The position numbers and the translations under genes were made by a program. From an uncultured virus (IMG/VR IMGVR_UViG_3300031851_000007) (lineage: Duplodnaviria; Heunggongvirae; Uroviricota; Caudoviricetes), in IMG/VR virus record IMGVR_UViG_3300031851_000007, positions 1 to 64,000 of that record: DNA of 64,000 nt, one strand, 5' to 3'. Numbering within the stretch: the stretch's first letter is position 1; every line of letters begins with the position of its first letter. This document shows positions 19,347 through 29,803 of the stretch, one piece after another. The notes under the pieces were generated by a model. That model was not told the DNA's origin. It did no database searches and saw nothing but the letters and a program-made list of their open reading frames with translations.

Positions 19347-19720
19347 TAGACAACTATATTTCTCTGTTCTAACTTGGTTATAACATTATTTATTTTGAAG
19401 CCTAATGTACTTGTTTTTTCTCTGTTTATATTAAGGATTTGTGATACAACATTACTTAGTTGTACGTCATCTAGTCCACGTAATGTATCAATAATTTTGA
19501 ATACTGGAACATCTTCTTGTTGTGCTTGTTGTAATAATACTACTGCTGTATTCGTTGCTGCTAGTTTATCAAAGCCTCTTGATAAGAAATAACCAACTGC
19601 TGCATCAACTTCTTCTGCACTATAATATATGTCTTTCTTAAAGTAGCTATCAAAAAACTTTTTTGTTTTGTTTGCACTATCTGTAGTTTGTGTACTAGTG
19701 CTTACTCCTGAATTTGGCAT
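19346..19720 (-). CDS. Hypothetical protein
   Basis: 124-aa ORF overlapping both neighbours by 1 nt. Confidence 0.7.
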   Translation of the reverse strand: MPNSGVSTSTQTTDSANKTKKFFDSYFKKDIYYSAEEVDAAVGYFLSRGFDKLAATNTAVVLLQQAQQEDVPVFKIIDTLRGLDDVQLSNVVSQILNINREKTSTLGFKINNVITKLEQRNIVV

Positions 19721-20895
19721 TAGAATAATCCTTTTAATATACTACTACCAATTTGTTGCAACTTCTTATCTCCGCTGGACACTTTATTAATTAACTCATC
19801 AGTAATAGCAGAACGTTGTGTGTTTGGTAATTGATTAAATGCGTTTAATGTACTTACAGCATAGTTGTCAACTTGGCCTGTAGAAACGGATTGGTTAGTA
19901 AAAGTTCTAGCTAGGCTTGGATTACTGCGTAATTGATTACCTATTGCTGCGCCGTCAAGTAATCTATCATCTGATTGTGATAATGTCGATATAGGTGCAG
20001 TTGACGGTGGTGATGGAAAGGTAAAGTTTGAAAAACCACCAGGATCTTTTATAACATCACGTATAATAGTACCGCCGCCTGGAACTGAATCATTTCTAAA
20101 TCTTACTAGAGGTCCACTATCACTAGGTATTCTAGTAGGACGGTCTTTTATTGAAGTACGCTGCGACGACACTGACCCATTAAGATAACTAGGTTCTAAA
20201 TCATATCCTGTATCAGCATCTGCAAAACTGCTGTCACCGTCTCCTACACTACCTCTATTATAAATTACACCTTCATATACTACTGTTAGTGCATTTTGTA
20301 ATATACCAACACCGTCACTTGCGTCAACCGAATCGTGTTGAAATTTTTCAATTAATGGATTTATTAATGTATAGCTTGTCCATTCTTTCCTTGATAATTG
20401 ATATATTACTATATCTTTAAAGAAAGGGTCGTCAGGTGCTCCGTCTAATCCGTATCTAGGAACTTCGTTTGCGTATTTGTCTCTAACTCCAAAGCCAGTT
20501 ACAGTATTAGAACTACTAAATTTATTACCATCTTGATAATAATATCTATAGTATTCTTCTAACATTTTAGTAGTTATGCCTACATTATCATCGTGTAATG
20601 TAATACTTACTGGATCATAATCAATCCTAGTTTGCATATTCTTAATTCTATTATATTGTTTTTTTGTTTCTATCTGCGTCGAATAACTTGGTAAATCAGC
20701 AGTCTTAACCAATGTACTAAGTTGTTTTTGAAAGAATGAAGTATTTGGATTATTACTAATGGCCGCGTTGTTTAGGTTAAACACTACATGATAAAGAAAC
20801 TTAACTTTAGGCGCAAAGTCAAATCCGCCTTGAGTATATATTTGGTGAGCATGCCTTGCGTCTCTTAGATTTATTTTGTCTACTAACTGTGCCAT
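19720..20895 (-). CDS. Tail-tube-like baseplate/tube junction protein (gp48/gp54-like)
   Basis: The N-half (VKTADLP...QYNR...YDPVSITLHDD) parallels the adjacent tail tube protein (VDVTRP...AYNS...WEPITLTLRED). Confidence 0.55.
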   Translation of the reverse strand: MAQLVDKINLRDARHAHQIYTQGGFDFAPKVKFLYHVVFNLNNAAISNNPNTSFFQKQLSTLVKTADLPSYSTQIETKKQYNRIKNMQTRIDYDPVSITLHDDNVGITTKMLEEYYRYYYQDGNKFSSSNTVTGFGVRDKYANEVPRYGLDGAPDDPFFKDIVIYQLSRKEWTSYTLINPLIEKFQHDSVDASDGVGILQNALTVVYEGVIYNRGSVGDGDSSFADADTGYDLEPSYLNGSVSSQRTSIKDRPTRIPSDSGPLVRFRNDSVPGGGTIIRDVIKDPGGFSNFTFPSPPSTAPISTLSQSDDRLLDGAAIGNQLRSNPSLARTFTNQSVSTGQVDNYAVSTLNAFNQLPNTQRSAITDELINKVSSGDKKLQQIGSSILKGLF

Positions 20896-20931
20896 ACTAA
20901 TATTTATCCAAATTATAAAGTGCGTACAAAT

Positions 20932-20962
20932 AAGAAAAGGGGCTACTTAAAAAGTAACCCCT
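20932..20962 (-). terminator. Intrinsic terminator after the tail tube gene
   Basis: Minus strand AGGGGTTACTT-TTT-AAGTAGCCCCT (one G-U pair) followed by TTTCTT. Confidence 0.75.
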
Positions 20963-20989
20963 CTATAAAGGATGAATGCAGTTAAGTTA

Positions 20990-21637
20990 TTAGCTTTGGC
21001 CTGTAACTAGAACTTGCGGACCATCTGTACCGCCTGCTGCTCTACCTACTGATTGACCTACTCCGCCGCCTATTGCGCCGCCTGCCTCAGTTTGTATTGC
21101 ATTATCGTAACGAATGTTTAATGAAATTGTAACTGGATCATTAGTTGAATATGCTAATGTGTTGTAGTTAGCACTTTCAAGATAACAACCAACCATTTCG
21201 TATCTATCTAATACGTTGGCTTCTAAGTTACCATTACCACCGTCTAGAATTTCGATTTTAGTTTTGAACTTATATGTTCCGCCCGAAGCAGCTGATGCTT
21301 GCTCGTAGAAATCGAATTGTTTCTGTAGCTGTTGTCCAACAACACGTTGAATGTTGTTGTTTACATCTTCACGTAATGTAAGTGTAATTGGTTCCCAAGT
21401 GTGCTTACCAGCTAGGTAGCTTCTTGAGTTATATGCATCAATTGTAATTTGTTCAAAACTTACGTTTGGTCTTGTAACATCTACAACTTGACGTGTCATT
21501 TCTCTTAAGTCAGCACCTGCACCAAAGCCTTCTAAGATGACTCTGAAACGATACTGTAGTTTTGGCATCAACAAACTCTGGTTACTACCAGCGCCTTCAG
21601 TTGGTACCGAAATATTATTTAATGATGTGATTGGCAT
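20990..21637 (-). CDS. gp19: Tail tube protein
   Basis: PKLQYRFRV, YLAGKHTWEPITLT, IRYDNA; directly downstream of the sheath gene. Confidence 0.85.
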   Translation of the reverse strand: MPITSLNNISVPTEGAGSNQSLLMPKLQYRFRVILEGFGAGADLREMTRQVVDVTRPNVSFEQITIDAYNSRSYLAGKHTWEPITLTLREDVNNNIQRVVGQQLQKQFDFYEQASAASGGTYKFKTKIEILDGGNGNLEANVLDRYEMVGCYLESANYNTLAYSTNDPVTISLNIRYDNAIQTEAGGAIGGGVGQSVGRAAGGTDGPQVLVTGQS

Positions 21638-21667
21638 TCTATCCTCTCCTGTTCACAAGTATTTATC

Positions 21668-21703
21668 ATATAACTGACGCTATATCTCAAGCGCCAGTTA
21701 TAT
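21668..21703 (-). other. 14-bp RNA hairpin between sheath and tube genes, with no U tract
   Basis: Minus strand ATATAACTGGCGCT...AGCGTCAGTTATAT (one G-U pair), immediately followed by TAAATA. Confidence 0.6.
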
Positions 21704-21711
21704 ACGTAGTT

Positions 21712-24700
21712 TTAACCAAGTGCTGCTATTTCACCTGTATTTTTTATACGCAATGGAATGTATATAAATTCAATTGCTTTCACTGGCTCAATTGCAATGT
21801 CTAAGTGCAGTTCATTACGATCAATTCTTGCTGGTGTGTTGTTTGATTCATCACACACTGCAACATAATCGTAAATAGCTCTTAAGCTGACTAGTTCTAG
21901 TAAGAACGCATCTGCTGCTGCCTTAACTTGATCTCTTGTTATCTTATCGTTTGGTTCAAACAAGTATGGTCTTGCAAGTAACTCTAGCTGTCCACGCATG
22001 TAAACAGTTAGACGTGCAACGTTGATTCTGTCTAAAGCACTTGCATTTCTTGCACGAGTCTTTTGACCAAATACTACTAGTCCGCTTCCGCTAATAAACG
22101 TAATTGGGTTAATTGCATTTGTGTATAGTGTATCACGCTGTCCTGTATTAAGTGCAACACTCTTGAATTCACCTTCGCTAGTAACATATCCTGTTGCTGA
22201 AGCATTAGTAACTCCACCGCGTCTTGTACCTGCTGGAGCAAACCAAGGATAAGCAACTTGGTCATTTAGTATCAGTGTACGTAATGCCATGTAACTTGGA
22301 GGAACAACAACGTTATTACCTTCGTTATCACTTGTAAATCCTGCTGGGTAGTAAATGCCTAGATATTCATCTCTGCTTACTAATCCACGATCGTTATCTT
22401 CAACTGCTAGATTAACGTTTGTTGCCCATTCATTTAATGAAGTTGCATCTGGTGTTAATCTAAACGGAGTATCGCCAACAACAAACGCTGTTAAACGTCT
22501 GTCATAATTTAGTGAAATCATTTCACCAATTAGTTCTGGATATCCTGGTGTAGCAATTAAGTTAAACTGACGTGACTCTTCGTCACGGATTTCAGTGTTA
22601 CTGTTTAGTTCTGCTTGTAAAGACTGTGTTACTGACTTACGCTGTGCGTGACGTCCAAATGTTCCTGAACCATCTGGTTGGTTACCAGAGTCTGTTACCC
22701 AACGGTGTGGATAATAAGTAGCCATTGACTCGTCTGCTGCACGATCGTTAGTTAATGAAACATCAACATAGTTACGCTCAAAACGCTTAACGTTAAATCC
22801 GCTTCTACGTAGGTTCCATAACAACATACCTTTTGGATATAGTGCTGGATCCGGTGCATCTGGATCTAAGTAGTTAGATGCCATTAGCTCTTCAATTGAA
22901 GCTGCGTCCGAATCAGCGCCTGCATCTGCCCAACGAGCATCTGCAAATAACACACCATTTTCAGTTGTTTGGTCTGCTTTGTCAATTAACTGCCATTCAC
23001 TTGCTGCTGTCCAACGATACATTGTTGGAAAGTTTTCAATGTCTGCTGTGTCAATCCAAAGATCACCTGCAACTAGTGCAGAACCATCTGATTGTGTTTT
23101 TGGTTCACTAGCTGTAACTAATGGCCCTGTTGAGTTAGCTGTTGGAAATGCTGTTGAGTCTGCATATCCTACCCAAGTAGTACCATTGTGGTACAAAATA
23201 TCAACTTCATCAACTACTGAACTATACCATAACTCACCTTGTGCAGCTAATGCTGTTGGTGCATCGTCGTCTGCTGTATAAGATAATGTACGCCAGTTAC
23301 TAGCAACATACTGCTCTGGATTTGTAGTATCGTCAGTTCCTGGTGCATAGTCTAGGTTAATTGTTGTTGTACTTGCATTGTTTACGTCATATGGTGCAAA
23401 TCCTGCTACTGCAAGATCACCACTTGTATCTACAAGTTTCATTTCGCCGCCACCAGCATGTGAAATTACAACTCTATTTTGTGCATCAACACTTGCTGTT
23501 ATGTTTACAAATCCTGCACTGTTAATAGCGCCAGCCATATCGTCTGCATCAGCACTTGCGCCACTTCCAGTAAATGATATTGTTTTTGCGCTACTTAAAG
23601 TTGCTGAGCCTATAATGGATTCAGCCATTGTAAAGCTAACACTTGCGCCAGATAGTTGTGCTGCAATTTTTGCACTTTGTATTTTCGTTGCGCCTGTAGC
23701 AGCTCTACGGAAAATTTTGTAAGTTGCATCAATTGGTGTTGTGTCTGCAACGTCTACATTTACATATAGATCGCCTATTGCAAGATTCTTGCCACCGCCT
23801 GTTTTGTCTAGTGCTGCAAGAGCACCTGCTGCTGTGTCATACAATGGTGCTGGAATAGTTGACCAAAGTTTAGTATCATCATTCCACTGTTTAACAGTAA
23901 ACGTTGCACCTGAATTAGGAGCAGTTGTTTGCATCCAAATAGAACCTGTCGGTCTTGGATTTGAATCTGTTGATTTATATTCTGGAACCGATGTATGTGG
24001 TGCTTCAGTAACAAATGGAGCATAATATGTTCCAGCTGTTAAGCCAACTGCTGTTAATAGTCCAGCATCTGAAGCCGGTGATGCATCAATATCTACTGAA
24101 TTGTTATTAGTATAAATTTCTAATGCACCGTCAACTGCTGCTGCTGTAACACCTGCTGTTGCTAGGTTTGAATTTGAATTAATATCACTTGCTAATTGTG
24201 TTACTGTTGTACCTGTAGTTGTTACTGCTTCGCCGTCGATACTTAAATCTACACCACTTGGTACTGTTGGAGTATTTACTGTGCCTCTAATAGATGCCCA
24301 TGCTGCTCTCCATGCATCACCACCAACTGTTACCCATGCACCAGCATTGTTTTTGTACCATAGTCTGTTTACAGTTGTAACTGCAACTAATGCATAATCA
24401 CCTACTGCACCTACTGATGTTTTTGGTGTATAGTCGCCGCCTGCATAGTCTACTACTTTGCTAGTTTCAACAATAATTGTTGGTACTACTGAACTGAAGC
24501 TTTGTCCATTTGTTGATGTAATGGAAGCGCCGTTCCATTCTTTAACACCAACATTTGTGTTTAGTGTATCAAACCAGTAAGTGCCATCAAGCGGATCACC
24601 GCCTGGTGCTGTTGCACTTGCTTCTAGTTTTGATAAGTTAATATCTGCTCTACATACGTAAACTCTGTTTGTTACGCCTAGTAGTGAATACGCTGTTTGA

Positions 24701-24981
24701 AGTCCGTATTCGTTAAGTTCACCTGCGTGGATCATATTTCCGTTATTGTCTGAGTAGAACAACGGATCTCCGAATGTTTCCACAAGCTCTCTTTGACTTG
24801 TTATTAGGTAAGGTCTACCTTGGTTTGCTGCGCTTGTACCTTCTGCTACACCAGCTCCACTGCCTTTAACTTTGTCAGCTGCCGTTGCAACAAATATCAT
24901 TGGTACGGTGCCTGCAGCCGCCGGAGTGTAAAAACTCTCGTCGATTACATTGACCTCTACACCTGGGGATACTAATGCCAT
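21712..24981 (-). CDS. gp18: Tail sheath protein
   Basis: LVSPGVEV N-terminus, FGDP, WFAPAGTRRG, RDTLY...INPI, FGQKT, ALDRINVARL, FEPND, EPVKAIEFI. Confidence 0.95.
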   Translation of the reverse strand: MALVSPGVEVNVIDESFYTPAAAGTVPMIFVATAADKVKGSGAGVAEGTSAANQGRPYLITSQRELVETFGDPLFYSDNNGNMIHAGELNEYGLQTAYSLLGVTNRVYVCRADINLSKLEASATAPGGDPLDGTYWFDTLNTNVGVKEWNGASITSTNGQSFSSVVPTIIVETSKVVDYAGGDYTPKTSVGAVGDYALVAVTTVNRLWYKNNAGAWVTVGGDAWRAAWASIRGTVNTPTVPSGVDLSIDGEAVTTTGTTVTQLASDINSNSNLATAGVTAAAVDGALEIYTNNNSVDIDASPASDAGLLTAVGLTAGTYYAPFVTEAPHTSVPEYKSTDSNPRPTGSIWMQTTAPNSGATFTVKQWNDDTKLWSTIPAPLYDTAAGALAALDKTGGGKNLAIGDLYVNVDVADTTPIDATYKIFRRAATGATKIQSAKIAAQLSGASVSFTMAESIIGSATLSSAKTISFTGSGASADADDMAGAINSAGFVNITASVDAQNRVVISHAGGGEMKLVDTSGDLAVAGFAPYDVNNASTTTINLDYAPGTDDTTNPEQYVASNWRTLSYTADDDAPTALAAQGELWYSSVVDEVDILYHNGTTWVGYADSTAFPTANSTGPLVTASEPKTQSDGSALVAGDLWIDTADIENFPTMYRWTAASEWQLIDKADQTTENGVLFADARWADAGADSDAASIEELMASNYLDPDAPDPALYPKGMLLWNLRRSGFNVKRFERNYVDVSLTNDRAADESMATYYPHRWVTDSGNQPDGSGTFGRHAQRKSVTQSLQAELNSNTEIRDEESRQFNLIATPGYPELIGEMISLNYDRRLTAFVVGDTPFRLTPDATSLNEWATNVNLAVEDNDRGLVSRDEYLGIYYPAGFTSDNEGNNVVVPPSYMALRTLILNDQVAYPWFAPAGTRRGGVTNASATGYVTSEGEFKSVALNTGQRDTLYTNAINPITFISGSGLVVFGQKTRARNASALDRINVARLTVYMRGQLELLARPYLFEPNDKITRDQVKAAADAFLLELVSLRAIYDYVAVCDESNNTPARIDRNELHLDIAIEPVKAIEFIYIPLRIKNTGEIAALG

Positions 24982-25093
24982 ATTGATTCTCCTATTGGAC
25001 GGTTGTTGTATTACATGTATTTAGCACGTCTTGAACAAATCAGTGCTATAATCACACCGAAAAAGGTATCGAAAAGGTGAGGTAAATACAAGT

Positions 25094-25429
25094 ATGCGTC
25101 CATTATGTAAATGCGGGCAACGTCCGGCAGCAATAAATTATAAAAAACACAATAAAGTATATTATCGTAAGTTGTGCGAAACTTGCTTGCGTAACGGAAT
25201 AGGTCACGGCATACCTAAATGGAAACAAAAAGGTTATATCAAAAAGAACATTTGTGAAAAATGTAGTTATACAAGTAAGCACCAAGAACAGTTTAATGTG
25301 TTCCACATAGACGGTGATCTTAATAATTGTAGACCTAGTAATTTAAAAACAGTTTGTGCTAATTGTCAGCGTGTTATACAAAAAGAGGGAGCTGTGTGGA
25401 AACAGGGAGACTTACGCCCTGATTTTTAA
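25094..25429 (+). CDS. Small Zn-finger/HNH-like protein
   Basis: CKC, CETC and CEKC, then HIDGDLNN...NLKTVCANC (HNH-type pattern). Confidence 0.65.
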   Translation: MRPLCKCGQRPAAINYKKHNKVYYRKLCETCLRNGIGHGIPKWKQKGYIKKNICEKCSYTSKHQEQFNVFHIDGDLNNCRPSNLKTVCANCQRVIQKEGAVWKQGDLRPDF

Positions 25430-25919
25430 ATATTGTTTTGATTAGTGTATCAACATTTTTTTCTAGTCTATCTAACGTACCATTATTATCAATAGTATAA
25501 TTACACATCCATTGTTCAATGCTCATTGACTGATAACTTTCTAAAGGTAAATGGTCTGTTCTATCTACCCATATAGCATAATCAAATATTTCTTCATTTT
25601 GCATTGCAAAAAATTCACGCTTGTTTCGTAGTCCACAATAAATGTCATGTTTAGCAAATAGGTTACGTCCTAACTTTGCTAAATCATCACTACAATAATT
25701 ATGTATCATATTGTACCATTCAGTACGATGATTATGTCTATCTGTATAACATTCTTCTTCGTTGGCATACCCGTATTGTTCTTTTAAATCTTTATAGATA
25801 AAAAGTTCTGAACAAAATTTACTTGATGATTGAAATGTGTATCCGTATGCTTCTAGCATTTCGCATACAGTATCTTTGCCGTGACGGCCATGTCCTACGA
25901 CTAATAGTTTGGGTAACAC
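25374..25919 (-). CDS. Deoxynucleoside monophosphate kinase-like P-loop protein
   Basis: VVGHGRHGKDTV P-loop and IDNNGTL; GTG start with AGGAG RBS. Confidence 0.7.
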   Translation of the reverse strand: MLPKLLVVGHGRHGKDTVCEMLEAYGYTFQSSSKFCSELFIYKDLKEQYGYANEEECYTDRHNHRTEWYNMIHNYCSDDLAKLGRNLFAKHDIYCGLRNKREFFAMQNEEIFDYAIWVDRTDHLPLESYQSMSIEQWMCNYTIDNNGTLDRLEKNVDTLIKTIFKNQGVSLPVSTQLPLFV

Positions 25920-25947
25920 TAACGACTCCTTATTGAATATACTTTAC

Positions 25948-25976
25948 AGTATATACTACATAAGCCAGTATGTCAA
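25948..25976 (-). promoter_or_regulatory. Sigma70-type promoter TTGACA-N17-TATACT for the kinase
   Basis: The minus strand reads TTGACA tactggcttatgtagta TATACT. Confidence 0.75.
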
Positions 25977-25981
25977 CCGTT

Positions 25982-26740
25982 TTATCCGATTAAGAATCCG
26001 TATCCAGTTCCGCCTGCAACTGCTAGTCCTACTTCTTGTTCTAGCTTTTCCATTTCAGCTTGTGCTTCTGCTTTGAGTGTTTCTCCGTTTAAGGTAGAAC
26101 CACCTTGTGGTCCAGCAATAGTAGCAAACTTACTACGTGCTTCGCCTAACATATATTTACAGCCTGCTAATGTATAATCTTTAATCCATTGTTTTGCTAG
26201 ATAGTCGTTTAATAATTCTGAATCAGGACGTAAGTTGTATGCATATATTAGTAGCGTTTCTTCTGCTCTAGGGCGTTGTAGTAATGTTAATTTTTTAGTT
26301 GTATTATTCCAAGTAAACTCAATAAATGATCCAAACATTCTACCTACTAGTTCTTGGTGTTGAGAGAACATATCATATGTTGCTAGACCTCCCATTTTAG
26401 ATCCTGACAGCAAGTATGTATTTGTATATGCTAAGTTAAAGGGTTCAAATAAACTACCGCCATCTCCGCCGCCGGTTCGTGAACCAATTGATCTACGAAA
26501 TAACTTTCGTACTTCCATTACTTCATGCGGCAATGTATATTCATTTTGGTCTACCACTGTGGGCATAAACAAGTATGATTCTTCTACTGAATTATCTGAA
26601 CGCTGTCTAAAGCGACTCAATGCCTTTTGCAAAGCTGTTTCATAATGTATTGGATCAAGTTCGACATCAATCATGCCACCTCCGAGGAAGGCATTAACAT
26701 AATCAAACACTTCTTGTTTCTGAGTTACTAAATTCGACAT
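25982..26740 (-). CDS. gp13: Neck protein
   Basis: LGGGMIDVEL, WIKDYTLA, GEARSKF...GPQGGSTLNG, C-terminal FLIG. Confidence 0.8.
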   Translation of the reverse strand: MSNLVTQKQEVFDYVNAFLGGGMIDVELDPIHYETALQKALSRFRQRSDNSVEESYLFMPTVVDQNEYTLPHEVMEVRKLFRRSIGSRTGGGDGGSLFEPFNLAYTNTYLLSGSKMGGLATYDMFSQHQELVGRMFGSFIEFTWNNTTKKLTLLQRPRAEETLLIYAYNLRPDSELLNDYLAKQWIKDYTLAGCKYMLGEARSKFATIAGPQGGSTLNGETLKAEAQAEMEKLEQEVGLAVAGGTGYGFLIG

Positions 26741-26756
26741 ATATATTCTCCATTAG

Positions 26757-26770
26757 TATTTAGCTAAATA
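26757..26770. promoter_or_regulatory. Palindromic back-to-back late-promoter pair TATTTAGCTAAATA
   Basis: A perfect 14-bp palindrome that gives TAAATA on each strand between the divergent gp13 and gp14 genes. Confidence 0.65.
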
Positions 26771-26775
26771 TGTAT

Positions 26776-27939
26776 ATGCCAAGACTATCATTATACAAAC
26801 CCGAACGTGGCGCTGATTACAAATTTCTAGATAATCAAATTCTAGAGATGTTTACTATTGGTGGTACAGATATCAATATACACAAGTATATTGGAGCATC
26901 AAACCCTGATGAATCAGATGCAACTGCTGACCAACCAAGGTATGATCAGTCATCAGAATCTAATATACAGGATCTATTATTTCTTGAAAATAGAGATAGA
27001 AAATATGATCCGGATATTTATGAAATGCGAGCTATTTACAATGTTCAAGATATTGACTTTGATTTAAGTCAATTTGGATTATTTCTAAGTAATGATACAT
27101 TGATGATGACTATACACATTAACAGTAGTGTAAAGACCCTTGGTAGGAAAATTATGTCAGGTGATGTCATCGAATTGCCGCATTTGAAGGACGAATACGC
27201 AGAAAATGATTATAGTGTTGCACTTAAAAGATTCTATGTAGTTGAAGATGTTAATCGTGCAGCAGAAGGCTTTTCGCCAACTTGGTATCCGCATCTATAT
27301 AGACTTAAATTAAAGCAAATATACGATGGACAAGAATTTAAAGATATATTAGACTTACCTGCTAATGAAGAGGAGCCAGGCGGCAATACTCTTAGAGATG
27401 TTCTGTCAACATATGAAAAAGAGATGCAAATTAATAATGCTGTAGTACAACAAGCAGAAGCAGATGCTCCACTTAGTGGGTATGATATAAGTCATTACTA
27501 TTCTGTTGCATATAATGATGACGGTACTGTTAATCTTAAGACAGCAGACGATGCTGATTTAGATGCAAGTAATATTTCAACTGATGCATCTGAAGTTACT
27601 GATCGTCCAGATAGAGCAGGATATAGTGGCTATTTGTTAGGCACAAAAGATGCGCCAAACGGAGCTCCTTACGGTATGGGTATACAATTTCCACGGCAAG
27701 CTGAACAAGGCGACTATTTTTTAAGGTCAGACTTCTTGCCAAATAGATTATTTAGATATGATGGCAGAAAATGGGTTAATCAAGCACAAGATGTAAGAAT
27801 GACAATGAGCAATGAGATTGTAAGAAATACCTACAAAACACAATTTATTAACAACGAAGCTACAAATGACATTAATGGTGAAACAATTGAAGAAAGACAG
27901 AGTTTATCAAAAGCACTTAAACCAAAGGCGGATAACTAA
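26776..27939 (+). CDS. gp14: Neck protein (gp14-like) with a C-terminal extension
   Basis: DLLFLE, LSQFGLF, GDVIELP, FYVVEDV, YRLKL; sits between gp13 and gp15. Confidence 0.65.
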   Translation: MPRLSLYKPERGADYKFLDNQILEMFTIGGTDINIHKYIGASNPDESDATADQPRYDQSSESNIQDLLFLENRDRKYDPDIYEMRAIYNVQDIDFDLSQFGLFLSNDTLMMTIHINSSVKTLGRKIMSGDVIELPHLKDEYAENDYSVALKRFYVVEDVNRAAEGFSPTWYPHLYRLKLKQIYDGQEFKDILDLPANEEEPGGNTLRDVLSTYEKEMQINNAVVQQAEADAPLSGYDISHYYSVAYNDDGTVNLKTADDADLDASNISTDASEVTDRPDRAGYSGYLLGTKDAPNGAPYGMGIQFPRQAEQGDYFLRSDFLPNRLFRYDGRKWVNQAQDVRMTMSNEIVRNTYKTQFINNEATNDINGETIEERQSLSKALKPKADN

Positions 27940-29360
27940 TGCTGCATTTTTATGACGGACAAATTAGAAGATATATTACACAAGTAATTAGACTATGTAG
28001 TAATTTTTCAATTGACATGGATGGTACATTAAAGCAAGTACCTGTTATGTACGGTGATCTTACACGACAAGTTTCAAATATTATTAGAGATAATAGTGAA
28101 AATAAATTACCTAGTGCGCCACGTATGGCAGTTTATATTACTGCACTTGAAATGGATAGAGACAGACTTGCAGATGCAACCTATGTTAGAAAAACAAATA
28201 TAGTTGAACGTGCATACAATGACGAAAATGAAGAATATGATAATTACAAAGGCAAAAGTTTTACTATAGAAAGAATTATGCCGACACCATATTTACTACG
28301 TGTCAATGTAGATATTTGGACTAGTAATACTGATCAAAAGTTACAAATACTAGAACAAATATTAGTATTATTTAATCCTAGTTTGGAAATACAAACTACA
28401 GATAATTATATAGACTGGACAAGTTTATCAGTTGTAAATTTAGAAAACTTACAATTTACAAATAGAAGTATTCCAGTTGGAGTTGACAGCGAAATTGATA
28501 TAGCAACACTTACACTAAGTGCGCCAATTTATATTAGTCCTCCAGCAAAAGTTAAACGTATGGGTGCTATTACAAATATTATTACAAGTATGTTTGATGA
28601 AAATAAAGGTACTATTGATTTAGGTGAAAGTTTTCCAGAACTATCAGCTTACGACGACTTTCCAACGCCAGGCTCAACTACTGGTGATTATGGTACAAAA
28701 ACTACTACAGAAGTTGCTGATCAAATGGCCAATACTAACTATCAAAGAATGGGTGTATATGTATCTGGAAACGTAGCACAAATTATTGCAAGAGGTGCTG
28801 TTGGTCAATACAGTTGGCGAGGATTAGTTGAAAACTTACCAGGAACATATAAAGCAGATATTTCTAGAATTTTCTTAACTAACAAAGATACTAATGTACT
28901 AATTACAGGTACTATAGGTATTAACACACTAGACGAAACTAAATTAATTATTAATTGGGACGAAGATAGTTTTCCAGACGATACTGTTATAAGTGGTCCA
29001 AATGGCGACCGTACAAGTATTGATTATATTATTGATCCTCTTACATTTAATCCTACTTCAGTAAAGGTAGCCGGAACACGTATACTATTATTAGAATCTA
29101 TAGGTGACGCTGATAATACAGAAGGTCCTGCTGCTTGGCAAAATGCTGGTGGTGTTAATTTTGTAGCCGATGCTAATGATATAGTTGAATGGAGCGGCAC
29201 GAATTGGAGTATAGTATTTGATTCTAGTGAAGTTACTGAAACTTCTTATACTACAAATTTAACTACTGGTGTTCAATACCGATTTAGCAACGGATCTTGG
29301 TTTGCAAGTGTTGACGGTGAATATCCAATAGGAAGCTGGAGAGTAGACCTCTACGGATAA
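27939..29360 (+). CDS. gp15: Tail terminator/sheath stabiliser with a C-terminal extension
   Basis: HFYDGQIRRY, VPVMYG, PRMAV, MPTPY, QILEQILVLFNPS. Confidence 0.85.
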   Translation: MLHFYDGQIRRYITQVIRLCSNFSIDMDGTLKQVPVMYGDLTRQVSNIIRDNSENKLPSAPRMAVYITALEMDRDRLADATYVRKTNIVERAYNDENEEYDNYKGKSFTIERIMPTPYLLRVNVDIWTSNTDQKLQILEQILVLFNPSLEIQTTDNYIDWTSLSVVNLENLQFTNRSIPVGVDSEIDIATLTLSAPIYISPPAKVKRMGAITNIITSMFDENKGTIDLGESFPELSAYDDFPTPGSTTGDYGTKTTTEVADQMANTNYQRMGVYVSGNVAQIIARGAVGQYSWRGLVENLPGTYKADISRIFLTNKDTNVLITGTIGINTLDETKLIINWDEDSFPDDTVISGPNGDRTSIDYIIDPLTFNPTSVKVAGTRILLLESIGDADNTEGPAAWQNAGGVNFVADANDIVEWSGTNWSIVFDSSEVTETSYTTNLTTGVQYRFSNGSWFASVDGEYPIGSWRVDLYG

Positions 29361-29368
29361 TTATTTTT

Positions 29369-29803
29369 ATGAGTGAAAAAATAATCTGTAGCGGAGCACT
29401 ATTCTATTCGTTATCTACAAAAAGATTCTTACTTCTACATAGAGCTAACGGTAAACGTAGTAATATGTGGGGACTTGTTGGCGGAACCAACGAAGGTGTA
29501 GAAACACCTTGGGAAGGACTACAGCGAGAAATTGTAGAAGAAATAGGGTCGTTGCCTGAAATCAAAAAAACTATTCCATTAGAAACATTTATATCTAATG
29601 ACGAAATGTTCTTGTTTCATACATATTTGTGTGTTATTGACAACGAGTTTTTACCTGTACTTAATAGTGAACACAATGGTTATGCTTGGGTCGAATTAGG
29701 AAAATGGCCTAAGCCATTACATCACGGATTAAGAAATACACTTACTAGCAAAACAAACTTAACAAAATTAGATACAGTTTTTAAATTAATAGGATATTTG
29801 TAA
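29369..29803 (+). CDS. NUDIX hydrolase
   Basis: Nudix box GGTNEGVETPWEGLQREIVEEIG; LNSEHNGYAW. Confidence 0.9.
   Translation: MSEKIICSGALFYSLSTKRFLLLHRANGKRSNMWGLVGGTNEGVETPWEGLQREIVEEIGSLPEIKKTIPLETFISNDEMFLFHTYLCVIDNEFLPVLNSEHNGYAWVELGKWPKPLHHGLRNTLTSKTNLTKLDTVFKLIGYL

Noticed and set aside
25094..25429. Mobile HNH homing endonuclease
   Set aside because: It is only 111 aa, interrupts no gene, has its own late-type promoter, and its HNH pattern is degenerate, so it is kept as a resident Zn-finger/HNH-like gene.
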